From the NCBI GenBank assembly GCA_029555085.1, contig JAKPTO010000043.1:1-43187 (forward strand): 43,187 nt of DNA, given 5' to 3'. How positions within the stretch are numbered: the stretch's first letter is position 1; each line of letters begins with the position of its first letter. The stretch comes from a bacterium. Its GTDB lineage: Bacteria > Patescibacteriota > Patescibacteriia > UBA1558 > S5-K13. The notes below the pieces were generated by a model that was not told the DNA's origin, ran no database searches, and saw only the letters and a list, made by a program, of their open reading frames with translations. This document shows positions 27,496 through 38,900 of the stretch, in pieces. Made by a program: the position numbers and the translations under genes.

Positions 27496-27536
27496 TTTAA
27501 AATATTTTAATATCGTAAACTTTCTATAATAAAAAA

Positions 27537-29378
27537 TTATTCTATCTGTAATTTTCCCGCAACATCTTTTATTTCTCTAAAAACAAACATTCCTGAATTT
27601 ACATCCCCATATACAATTGGAAAATATTTGGCTTGACCTGATTTTTTAAACGCACTAGCTAAATACATTCCAAAAAGTCCCACATCTTTTGGTATTAATT
27701 TAAGTTTTTCAATAAGCAAAAATTGTAAAAACAAACTCACTGTTGCAACTGTTCCAAAAACAACAAATATATTATTTACTATATCATCTGAAAATCTTAA
27801 TTCTAAAAACTTTCTAAATTCCTGTTGTAAAATTTTATTGTCTTTAAAAAATATACTTAATAAATTATTTTTACACACATATGACAAAACAACCATTGCT
27901 TCTTTGCTCTGTTTATGGTTAACAAAATTTAAAAACTCTTCATCTAAATCTGTAGTTTTTTTCAACTTCAATTCTTTTGTTAATTGTGCTTCTAAATCTC
28001 TAAATTCAAGTTCAAAATTTTTATAAGAATCAAGTAATATTTCTAGCTGAGAAACTTTTTTCTCTGGCTTTTGTTCTATTTTTTCTTTTATAGATTCTGG
28101 AACAAAAACTTTCTTCTTCTTAGTGTCCACATAAAACTCCACTGGAAATAAATTCCAATTTTCTCTATCAATCCCCACAAATACCTGTGAATAAAACTTT
28201 ATATTTAAATAAAATTGTAACAATCTCTTAACTATTGTTCTTTCTTCTTCTGTTAATGTTTTTGTATTTTCTGAATCCAATATATAAGAAGAAAATGCTA
28301 TATCATCATATCTTTCAATAGTATTCCTCTCTATATAATCTTTTAACCAATTAGAAGCAGTTCCACCTACTTCTCCTGATTCTATTTTTATATTTTTATC
28401 TGTAATTTGTTCATTATTGTTATACAATGCATTCTCTATTGATTTTCTAAATTTTTCATCATCTATATTTTCTGATAAATATGCATTTAATATCCGATGA
28501 TCTAGTCCTGGTTCTTTAAAATTTAATAAATCATATAAATTTTGATCCAACAAATTTACAATTGCCTCATTTGTAACCTCAATCTGTCCTGACAATACTT
28601 TTATATGTGGGATTATAAAATAATCCGTATCTGTAATATTATCAAAACTCTTTGGAGAAAATTTTATTCTCAAATATATATCTAAAACTTTTGATAATAA
28701 ATTCTTATCCTCAACGCTTAAATTCTGATTATTTATAAAATCATTTTTTGATATCAAGCTTGATTGATAATCTTCCTTTATCATATTCTCAAATTCTTTT
28801 ATCCAATCAGATATCTTCTTGTCTGAAATAATTGATTCATTGAAGGAGAGTGATTGAAGTGCTTCATATTTTAAATTTTCATCAAAAAGAATTTGAATTG
28901 CTAATGCAGAATCTTGAATATATAATTCTGTACTATGTGAATCTTCTAAAATCGACAATAAATGAAACTTTAAAAGTTTTAATGTTGTATCTATTACGTT
29001 TGGTGTCAGTGCTGAATCTATAAAATTATTAAATTGATAATCTGCAAAATCACTAACAACATTATAAACAATTTCATCATAATTAATATTCTTTTTGGAA
29101 CACAAACTATCTATTTCTATCTGGATTTGCTCATTTAAATTATCACCAAAAAAGGCACTAAAATAAATTACTATGTTTTCTGCGGTATCCTCATCAATTG
29201 ATAAATATTTTTTCAAATCTTTTATGGTATTAAAATATGAAGAACAACAATTAAAATATAAATCTAAAATCTTAGAAAGATAATCATGGTTATCTTCAGA
29301 AATACTAAATTTTTGCGATAATAATTGTATTTCTAAACAATCTTCTTTAATCTTATAATTTTGTTTTGATATTGACAT
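27537..29378 (-). CDS. Acidic helical hypothetical protein with ~152-aa internal repeats
   Basis: Repeated W(I/L)K(E/D)(F/Y)...L(S/T)xE(D/E)...(K/R)xL..YLxIKF motif; last gene of the giant-protein cluster. Confidence 0.7.
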   Translation of the reverse strand: MSISKQNYKIKEDCLEIQLLSQKFSISEDNHDYLSKILDLYFNCCSSYFNTIKDLKKYLSIDEDTAENIVIYFSAFFGDNLNEQIQIEIDSLCSKKNINYDEIVYNVVSDFADYQFNNFIDSALTPNVIDTTLKLLKFHLLSILEDSHSTELYIQDSALAIQILFDENLKYEALQSLSFNESIISDKKISDWIKEFENMIKEDYQSSLISKNDFINNQNLSVEDKNLLSKVLDIYLRIKFSPKSFDNITDTDYFIIPHIKVLSGQIEVTNEAIVNLLDQNLYDLLNFKEPGLDHRILNAYLSENIDDEKFRKSIENALYNNNEQITDKNIKIESGEVGGTASNWLKDYIERNTIERYDDIAFSSYILDSENTKTLTEEERTIVKRLLQFYLNIKFYSQVFVGIDRENWNLFPVEFYVDTKKKKVFVPESIKEKIEQKPEKKVSQLEILLDSYKNFELEFRDLEAQLTKELKLKKTTDLDEEFLNFVNHKQSKEAMVVLSYVCKNNLLSIFFKDNKILQQEFRKFLELRFSDDIVNNIFVVFGTVATVSLFLQFLLIEKLKLIPKDVGLFGMYLASAFKKSGQAKYFPIVYGDVNSGMFVFREIKDVAGKLQIE

Positions 29379-29425
29379 TATTTTATAATTTTTACATATT
29401 GATTAATAACCTATATTTCCCATAA

Positions 29426-32400
29426 TCAATCTTCTATCCTTAAATTTTTATAGAATTCACTATTCTCGTAGTCATATCCCTTATCAATAGGCACATTTCT
29501 TGGTCTTTGTGGTCTTGGTTTTGGATTTGATTTTGTTTTTTCCTCTGTGTCTTCTTCTGCTTTAAATCTTTTATCTCTAAATTTAATGAGACTTGCCGAA
29601 GCATCACGCAAAACACTTCTTGATCCTGTTGTTGCCTCACGATGTAATCTATCAAATAGGTCCTGTAACTGTACTTTACCCTTCATTTCTGCTTCAGTCA
29701 TTGTAGACAATTCGTCTAAAACCTTATTATACATATCTATTTTTGTTTGATCTTCAGAGGCCACTGCATCCCTAAAACCAGACATAAAATCTACTGCATC
29801 CATATTTCCATCCTTAATATACTTTAAATTTTCAGTAGTTGATAAATTAATATTATTAACAACATTTCCTAATTTAACATTCCTAAAATGTGAATCTCCA
29901 CTATCCAACCTAGATTTTGCATAATTAAACACCTCTTGAGAGTCGCTGAATCTCTTTTCTGGATCAGTCTCAGATTCAATAGCGCTAGAAAAAGCTGCCA
30001 CGGCTTTATTCAAATTCGCTGAATCTCTAAATTCTCCCGCCAAAATCATACCGTGTAAAACCCTTGCAACCTCTTTCTGCTGTGCTGGACTTAAACCATC
30101 TACTGTTGATTTCGCTTCTTTAGAATTTTGTGATGCAGACATAAGCGCCTTTATAACATTTCTTGATATACCAGAATCTGGAATTGAATCCATAAATCTT
30201 CTAGCACCCATAGAACGCATTCTTTCTTCTAATTTTCTATCTAATTCCCCATCTGTCAACCTCTCACCCTTCTCAGTAAATTTGGCTTGACCTGGAAATT
30301 GTTTCCTTATCTGATCTTCTACAAAATTCGTCGTAGCTTCATCTGCTCCACGAGCAACTAATTGAGCTCTTATTTCTGGTACATCCTTTGCTTCGAAAGC
30401 CTGCCTTTCCAAAAGTTGCATAATTGCTCCCAATGCTTTAAATGAATTTGATTGATTCATTATTTCTCTTAATTCTCCATTATCTTTTGTCGCACATTTC
30501 TTAGAAAAATCACTAGATTTATTATATATATATGATCCAGCATCTTTTTGATCTGCTTTTCCACTCTCTTCTAAGGCTTTTTCCCCTCTCCTGATTAGCA
30601 TTGCTGCACCAGGAGCGCTAGCCAAAGAACTCAACAAAAGATTAGGTATAAATCCACCACCACCAATTAAAGATAATGCCATAAAACCCTTTTTGATACC
30701 AGAACCTACAGCATCCATTAAATCTTTTTGATTTTGATATCTCCTACTTGCGTCCTCTGCGTTCTTTTGATATTCATTGATCTTTTTGTCAAAAGCTTCC
30801 GGATCAGAAAGTATTCTTCTATCAAATTCAGCCCTACTTCCCTTCTTTTCTTCCTCTTGTATCATATTCTTAACCCTATTTAGATCATTAAGTTTTTCAG
30901 TTTGCTTTTCTCTTTCACTTGCTTTTTCTTTATCCTTAACTTCTTTTTCTCTCTGCACGATTCTAAAGAGCTTCCTATCGTCCTCATCATATATATCATC
31001 TTCGCTCAATTTATCAAAGGAATTTATATTATTCTCATACCCATACTTCAATAATAATTGTTCCTCGTAAGTTGACCCAATATTTTTGATAGTGGCTTCA
31101 TCTTCAGGGATTATTTCACCCCTTTCCATGGCATCATAAACTTCTCCAAAATTATTTTTTCCATATCTAGCTACCAATCCTTCTTTAGTTGTTTTAGAGA
31201 TATTATTTATAGCATTTCTATCCTCAGAGTCTTTTACTTCCCAACTAATCATAGCGTCATAAAGCTCCTTAAAATTATTTTTTCCATATTTTGCTAACAA
31301 TTCACCCTGTCCATGATCATCTTCTTTAAGCGCTGCTGTTAATCTATCTATAGCTTTTTCTAAACTTTCGAAACTATCAATTCCCTCTCCTTTTGCAGTA
31401 TTCATGGCTTGAACATTTTTCTTATTTTCCTCTGCTTCTATACGATTCTTTTTTCCGTATGCCCAATCATTGAATTTTTGTTTTTTATCTTCATACCAAT
31501 TTTTAGCTTTCGATAATCTACCACCGGTTTTTTTATCAGCCCAATCAAATGCTTGTTTTCGTTTCTTTGTCCCCCATTCACCCACTCTTTCTTTAATTGC
31601 GCCAGTTGTCTGCATAAATTTAGCTGCTGCTGCATAATCTTTTGATTTTTTTCTGTCTTGTTTTATATCTCTATATGCCTTAATTCTTCTTGCTACAAGG
31701 TTAGCACCAGTAACAGCTCCCACTCCAACCGCACCCATTTTAAGCGCCCTTTTACCGGCATTCTGTAATTTACCCATAGCTTGACCTGCAAAGCTAGACC
31801 CCATCACTCCAAGAGATCCTGCTATTCTTATAGCGGCGATCATCATAGCAATTACAATAATAAAATCTAATATCATGGAAGTATCTTGTATAGCAAATGG
31901 TTCTCCACCGGATCCTTCTAGTGTAGTATCTGCTGATATTCCGGATTCATTGTCCTTTTCTTTTAATTGACCGCCACCCATATCAGAGATCCTTATCTTT
32001 TCACTGTTACCAGAGATATTTTCATCAAAACTTGCTTGAATAGTATACATGCATAAATATATAAACATGGCTAATATTGGCCCACTTATTAAATTTTTTG
32101 ATAATGATTGCCACCATTCACTTGCATACTTTCCCCCAAATGGAGACGCTTGAAGCATAAAAGCAAACGGAGAAAGTATTGCCAAAACCCATAAGGTTAA
32201 AATTCTACCAACAAGCATCACTATCATTATCACAAGAACAACATTTAAAACAACTAACATTATACAAGCCAACAACATTACCACAAAAACATCAAATGAG
32301 CCCGATTCATTAGCAGTCCCCGCGCCCACATTTTTACTCATTAACTTATCCAAATGAAGACCCTTAGCAAAATTATTTACTGTTGCATCTTTAAAACCAG

Positions 32401-32917
32401 ATACAAAAGTAAGCATTACAATCTGAGAAACATCAATCAAGAGTCCGGTTATCATTTTTGAAAAATTTATAAGTATTGAAAATATTATTACTTTTACAAG
32501 CCATTTCTTATATGAATATGCTTCTACTCCTATAATTGTTGTAAAAGAAATTATAAGCAATATAAATATGAAAAGCATATTACAAATATCTCTAGCAATC
32601 TTCCAACCTTCAAGCACGGCTGTTATGCCAGTAGTATATTTCTTCCAGGTAGCAAAAAATACTAAAGCCACCATAAGTTTTGAAGCAATAAAACCAAGTG
32701 CATAAACAATTCCATATAATAAACCGCTTAGGATTTTAAGTATGACATCTCCCAGACTCGCTCCAGCAAACAATGGAGTAAATAAAATAAAACAAAGCAC
32801 AATCAACGAAATGCCATAAAAAAGTTTTCTTTTCTTACTTAAAAGATTCCAAGAATTTTTAATTTTTCCTAATTTGGCTTTAAATTTTAACGATATTTTA
32901 TTAAATATATTCTTCAT
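29426..32917 (-). CDS. Polytopic membrane protein, VirB6/TrbL-like N-terminal half with a long cytoplasmic helical tail
   Basis: About eight TM segments including GWKIARDICN...LLIISFTTI, ILINFS...LLID and RILTLWVLAILSPFAF...WW, then a Gly/Ala-rich linker and about 750 aa of charged sequence. Confidence 0.65.
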   Translation of the reverse strand: MKNIFNKISLKFKAKLGKIKNSWNLLSKKRKLFYGISLIVLCFILFTPLFAGASLGDVILKILSGLLYGIVYALGFIASKLMVALVFFATWKKYTTGITAVLEGWKIARDICNMLFIFILLIISFTTIIGVEAYSYKKWLVKVIIFSILINFSKMITGLLIDVSQIVMLTFVSGFKDATVNNFAKGLHLDKLMSKNVGAGTANESGSFDVFVVMLLACIMLVVLNVVLVIMIVMLVGRILTLWVLAILSPFAFMLQASPFGGKYASEWWQSLSKNLISGPILAMFIYLCMYTIQASFDENISGNSEKIRISDMGGGQLKEKDNESGISADTTLEGSGGEPFAIQDTSMILDFIIVIAMMIAAIRIAGSLGVMGSSFAGQAMGKLQNAGKRALKMGAVGVGAVTGANLVARRIKAYRDIKQDRKKSKDYAAAAKFMQTTGAIKERVGEWGTKKRKQAFDWADKKTGGRLSKAKNWYEDKKQKFNDWAYGKKNRIEAEENKKNVQAMNTAKGEGIDSFESLEKAIDRLTAALKEDDHGQGELLAKYGKNNFKELYDAMISWEVKDSEDRNAINNISKTTKEGLVARYGKNNFGEVYDAMERGEIIPEDEATIKNIGSTYEEQLLLKYGYENNINSFDKLSEDDIYDEDDRKLFRIVQREKEVKDKEKASEREKQTEKLNDLNRVKNMIQEEEKKGSRAEFDRRILSDPEAFDKKINEYQKNAEDASRRYQNQKDLMDAVGSGIKKGFMALSLIGGGGFIPNLLLSSLASAPGAAMLIRRGEKALEESGKADQKDAGSYIYNKSSDFSKKCATKDNGELREIMNQSNSFKALGAIMQLLERQAFEAKDVPEIRAQLVARGADEATTNFVEDQIRKQFPGQAKFTEKGERLTDGELDRKLEERMRSMGARRFMDSIPDSGISRNVIKALMSASQNSKEAKSTVDGLSPAQQKEVARVLHGMILAGEFRDSANLNKAVAAFSSAIESETDPEKRFSDSQEVFNYAKSRLDSGDSHFRNVKLGNVVNNINLSTTENLKYIKDGNMDAVDFMSGFRDAVASEDQTKIDMYNKVLDELSTMTEAEMKGKVQLQDLFDRLHREATTGSRSVLRDASASLIKFRDKRFKAEEDTEEKTKSNPKPRPQRPRNVPIDKGYDYENSEFYKNLRIED
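30960..31310 (-). repeat. Three degenerate 40-41-aa tandem repeats inside the VirB6-like protein
   Basis: LLAKYGKNNFKELYDAM / LVARYGKNNFGEVYDAM / LLLKYGYENN; DNA spacing 123 and 120 bp. Confidence 0.85.
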
Positions 32918-32950
32918 GTTTCTAAAAAATACAAAATATTGAATCTATTA

Positions 32951-35900
32951 TTAATTTGGTTTTATAATTATATATTTATTCTGACCCATATCAACAGTGC
33001 TTTCTCCTCCCCAAGAATCAGTAACAGTAACCTTTGGACTGAATTTACAACATGGTCCGCCGTCAACTTCTTCGCAACTTGAAAACCAACTATTACTATC
33101 AGGAGTACAAACATATATAAATGAATAATTAAATTTGTCTTCACTGCAGGACTTTGGATCATTTCCCCAACCATATGAAAAACATTTCTTGCCATCAGTA
33201 CAGTCAGAGTCGGACTTACAATCATCACCATCGCTCCAATTTGCCTCACTATATGTATTTGCACATTTTCTTATACATTTTGCTTTTTTATTTTTAAATG
33301 GACCAGGAAATAATAATATATCAGAACCATCTCCATACCAATCAAGCCTTACTTCTTTTATAGGAGACCTTCCCCACTGAGCATAAGCATAAAAACTTAT
33401 ATCAGCTGTTAGGTTTTTCACTGCATATATATTAGAATTACTATTATTAATTGTTATACCGGTTTCACCCTCTCCCTGTTGAGTCACTTGTTTAATAATT
33501 GGGCCATTGGAATGTATATTACCTGTAAAATCCCAATTATAATTATATGGCTTCCACTGTCCTTGTATCCAAGCTTGTTCTCCATATTCGTAATACTGTA
33601 TTTCTGGAATTTTTACTATTGCATTTCTTAAATTATTACTAGCTTGTTGTAAAGAATGCCGAATTGGATTATCAAAACCATGAATAGAATATGGAAAATA
33701 AAAACTTTGAAAATTTGTAGAACTATGCATTATCGGTTCTCTAAGATTATCTCCACTACTGAAACCAAATTTTGATATTGTACCATTAAATGCTGGATTG
33801 TCTTGTGCAATATCTGAAACTCTTAGCACAAATTCATCATAATCATAATTAGTGGTTCCAACTATTATAGAAGAACAAGTATTATTACCCTGAATAGAAC
33901 ATATTGAACTATTCCATGGATTAACATTTTTAACATCCGTAGTTGGTAATGTATTTATATAATAATTATCTGAATGAAATACAGCATCAGAATCCCCCTC
34001 CCCATCAATTACTCCAATAACTCTACAAGCTTTTATGCCCTCAAAATTATCAGGGGTAACTGATGTCATACCTAACCTATAAAGGTCTGGACAATGTTCA
34101 CATTCTGGATAAACATTATCAAAAGACCAATCATAATGAACATAATAATTATATCTAAGTGGATTCCAAATTGACTCAGAAGAAAAACCACTATCATTAC
34201 AATCCGTAAAAACTTCATGTCCATTTGGTGGCACGCTTCCATCATATTCAATTGGGGAATCTTGATCATACTTATCTCGTAAATCCTCACCAAAACCAAA
34301 AGTTCTTCCAGCCCACAAGCAACCCCCCTGATAAGCAAGGCCAACAGTGTGGTGACTACCACAATTACCGGAATTCGAATTATAACCCCGAGCTATTTGG
34401 CTAAGCGGAATAAAATATTGATTCTTTTTCTTCCAAAAAGGGACATTAGCTCTATATCCAGTTGCATCCGTATCATCCCATTCATACACCCCAAGATTTG
34501 CTCCATCACCAACATATGTCGAACCATTTGGCATAACACCCTCATCGTAATAATAAAATCTTATCGGCTGATTTATTATATGTTTTGGTAATAAAGACTT
34601 GAAATCTTCCAGAAAGGATTTATCAGATAAACCTGTTAATTCATAATCACCAAACTCATGGGTTGTAAATTTTCGCTCTTTTTCTCTCCATTGAGTATTA
34701 TTTCCTTGAGGAGCATAAACATTACAATCAAAACCATCATAATATACATTTTGTTCATACCATTCTGGCCAATCACTTCCATATATAATTTCATATTCTT
34801 TTATAGGCTCAGGACGAATTGTCTTTTTTTGAAACTTATCACTAGATCCACTCCAGGGCCAATAATAATCTGGATTTGTAAAGTAGTCATAAAAATCTGA
34901 TGTCCTGTTTTGTGGTAACTTTGTACCAGCTGGTACATAAGCTAAAACATTGCACCTTGCAAATCCATCATTTATATCCGTATTAGCTCCAGCGCCATTG
35001 CCAGGATCAACAGTTCCATAAAGACCAGCAGAAGATTCATTGTGATTCGAACTCCAATAAGCACAATACAATCTATCTTCTTCTGTTACATAATCATCTG
35101 CAACTAAACATACTTTAGAATCAGTGGGTATAGGTACTTTAGCATCTAATGAAACAGAATATAAATCCATTTCTCCGCTTATGACATCAACTGGATACCA
35201 AGATAAACATCTTGTTGTATATCTATTGTCTCCATCTCTATATAGAGGGGTTGCTAAAAATGAATTATCTTTCTCTAGGCAAAATCCACGCCAACCTATA
35301 AAATCTGTTTGTGATTTCTTTTTTATTGTGGTTCCTTCACCACTATATTCATCTTGGATGCTTTCTGGTATAGAACCATAACTCAAAGGAAAATATAGAC
35401 TCTTTGAGGAACCATAGTTTACTTTTGTATAACTACAATCACATTCGTGATTTAATGCGCTTGAAACCTGCCCTTCCTCAAATTTTGGCTGACAAATATT
35501 TGCATTTTGAAAATTTTGATTTTTAGAAGAATCCATATTTGCATAATAATAATTACCAGTAGAAGTAACCTTAACATTTTCTTTAGAGATTATTGCAGGC
35601 GTCCACACGAATGGAGAATCTTTTTCTGGATATAATCTGCATGATTTATGTTGAGATGATAAATAATCTTCCCTGATCTTATCATTACTCTTATCTCCAT
35701 AATGAGAAGCTAAAGGATTCATACCTAATCCAAATTTATAAATCATACTTTGTCCAGATGCGTTTCTTTTCGCAACTGTTTTACCTAATTCATATGTTTC
35801 TGTTTCTGTTTTAACAGCAGATAAAGCATCTATTGGAAAAAGACCTGGTATAGAATAACCGCTATATTCCATATTAGACCAAGATAATCTAGTCCCTAAT

Positions 35901-38900
35901 TCTTTTTGATAACTATCCAATGTAAGAGGTTTAATATCTGGACTCCTTAATAAATAATTATCACACTTTGAATTGTCTGATGACAAAGAATTACATGCTA
36001 CAAGCGATATACATGAATTTTTATCTTGTCCGGTTTTTTCATCAACTGTTTTAATAGAAGAAGCGCAAGTTGCCCACTCTCCACAGGTCCTATCTCTGAC
36101 AACTCGCAACATTATATTGGAATCATTTGCAGATGAAGAATCTCCAACGCTTAAATTAAACCTCGCATAACTCTTATTTGCATTCCATCTCAATGTTGAA
36201 TCAGTTAATTGATGGAATAAAATACATCCCTTTTCTTTACTTGGCTCATTACACGAGGTTCTGTCTATATTATTATTATCGAGATATGTATAATATCCTT
36301 GGACTTTTTGAAATTTTACTCCAGTCATTGATATTTCTCCCCCACCACCACCGAAATAAAATGCAACATTACAAAAGTTCGTATCTGGTTCCATGGTATA
36401 TAATCCGTAAATATGTTTCCAGTTACCACTGTCTCCATTATTTTCTTTTACAAAATAATTGGAGTTCAAGTTCGGCATCGCATAAGGTATTTTATCCGCT
36501 CCAATTGTATAATAATATGATGAATTATCTGCCTTTTCTTTCTTACATATTAAAAATGTTGAAATGAATCTATTTTGATTTTCTGTCGACTCAGAATCTG
36601 ATGGGTCGAATCTTACAAAAGCATTTAATTTATAAACTTGATTTTGCTCAACGAAAAAGTTATGTGGAGTATTCTTACCACCTGTAAATACAGCAAGTCC
36701 GCCAGGAGAAGAATTAAATTCTATAACATCGCTTGATTTTAATGCATTAAAAGAACCATCACTGGAATAGCTTACTGTTCCATTCATTAAATTCCAGTTA
36801 AATAATTTCCACTGCGCTGCGTTGTTTAAACTTAATGGCATTTCCAGTTCTTGATCTAAATTATCTTCTGGGTCTATAAATGCTGTGCATGAGTTTTGAT
36901 TCTTGGGACATGTAGCGCTATAAGAATTATTAAAATCTAAAAATAGTGAACTTCCTAAATTGCTTTCTATATTAGATACGAAATTATCATAATTTTTATT
37001 ATACAATAACCCATCGCAAGGCTCGGATGTCCCAACCTTATAATATCCAGCTGGTAAATTTGACGCTAATTCAGCTTCTTTGTACTCACAAACTTTTTCT
37101 CTTGGATGAATCTTGAATAAATATCCTCCGTCTGATTTTTTGAAAGCTACACAATTTTGATACTTAGACAAACACAATATTTGATTCTGTCCGCCAAAAA
37201 AGTCATCAGAAGTGTAATTATCTGGATTGTTTATCCTAAATACATCGCTTGGATTTCCATTATTATCTAAAGTAGCTAAATTTTGACAACCCTTTTGATC
37301 ATTTGAACATTTAAACTTATTATCCACTATAATATATTCTATTGTGTCTTCTGGTACAGTTGTAGTATCATCCGTTACATTGCTAGTAATCGGATCTTTA
37401 TCATTTAAATAATAATGTTTATTTTGCGCGCATTCCCCATCATTTGTATTGTTACAATAAGCGTTAAATGTTTGTTTAAATGGCATAGAGGAATTTTTTG
37501 TATCAATAACTGCTCGACAACCAATATTTTCAGGATTACATACTTGGTTAAATTGATATAAATACACCGAGGAATTATCTCGTTTCTTGTACTCTTTACA
37601 ACCTAAATATTTGTTATCTATCAATCCATTATTGTCACTATCAACACAAATCCGTGGGGTATTCCATGAATCTTTTATTTTATAAAAATTATTACTAAAC
37701 TCTTTTAGAGTAATATTATCTATAAAAATTCCATCTTTTGCATGATTTGAGTTGGTAAAGCGTATATTAATTATTAGCTTGTTTGCATCATGAGAAGCAG
37801 TTACTATAGAAAGTTGTTTAAACTCCCATTCTTTATTATTTATAACAGGAGTTGTAAATGTCAAAGAATCACGAGATGCTTCATCTCTAATCAAATCACG
37901 AGATGTTATAGAGTCCTCAATGGTCCCGTCAGTTGCTATAGGTTGTATGCCTCGCTCAGCTGCGCGAGCTTTATTTATAAATTTATTAGAATTTAAAGTT
38001 TCATGTTCTGTTTCTCCGTCACCAATCTCTATACCAGCGCCATCATTTAAATCGCCTTCTAATTTCTTTACCCAAAAACTTAAAACATATTCCTTGCCCG
38101 CTTTTACCATTTCACCATCTTTAGATAAATCATAGAAAATAGAAATACTGTTTGATGAACTATCTGTTGTATAAAGCGCCATTGACATTCCCCCATACTG
38201 TAGTGACTCTGTGGATGGATAAGCAGACGCTACATTCGTAGAATATGTCCATGGATTAATAGTTCCTGCATCAAATTTTGCTTGTAAAATATTTTTTACA
38301 TTATTTCCATTATTTCCTTTATATTCTAAACATCCAACATTTGATTTTGAACAGGTCTGACTCATTGATGGAATTGCCTTATAAATAACATTAGAATTTG
38401 TTCTTCTTAAATTAATACATTCATCGCTAATAGGAATCGTCTTAGACGATAATCTTTTGTATAGATTTGCATTCATATCATAATACTCTCTACAATCTAA
38501 ATTTTCTGCACTACATTCAGATCCACCCCCATCAGAACACACACTTTCACCAATTCCAATCTTTGTACATGGGGCATTAGTACTAGAAGATTCTGTTTTT
38601 AATAATTTCCATGTCTTGAGTTGGAATCCAAAAGTATCTGAACCCTCCCAAGTATAATATACTGTTATATTATCAACTTCATCTGGTCTAACACACTGTC
38701 TAAGTGATTTATAATACTCTTTTCCCTCGCCTCCTTTTTCTAATTCTGCAATATTTGTAAATTCCTCACATGATGGTTCAGAACAATCTTTAGCGGCACT
38801 AGTTATAAAATTTCTATCAATATTTGTGGCAGAAGGATTTTCTAATTTATCAAAATAATTTGGTAACTGAGAATATGTTTGAAAATTATTACACTCTCTT

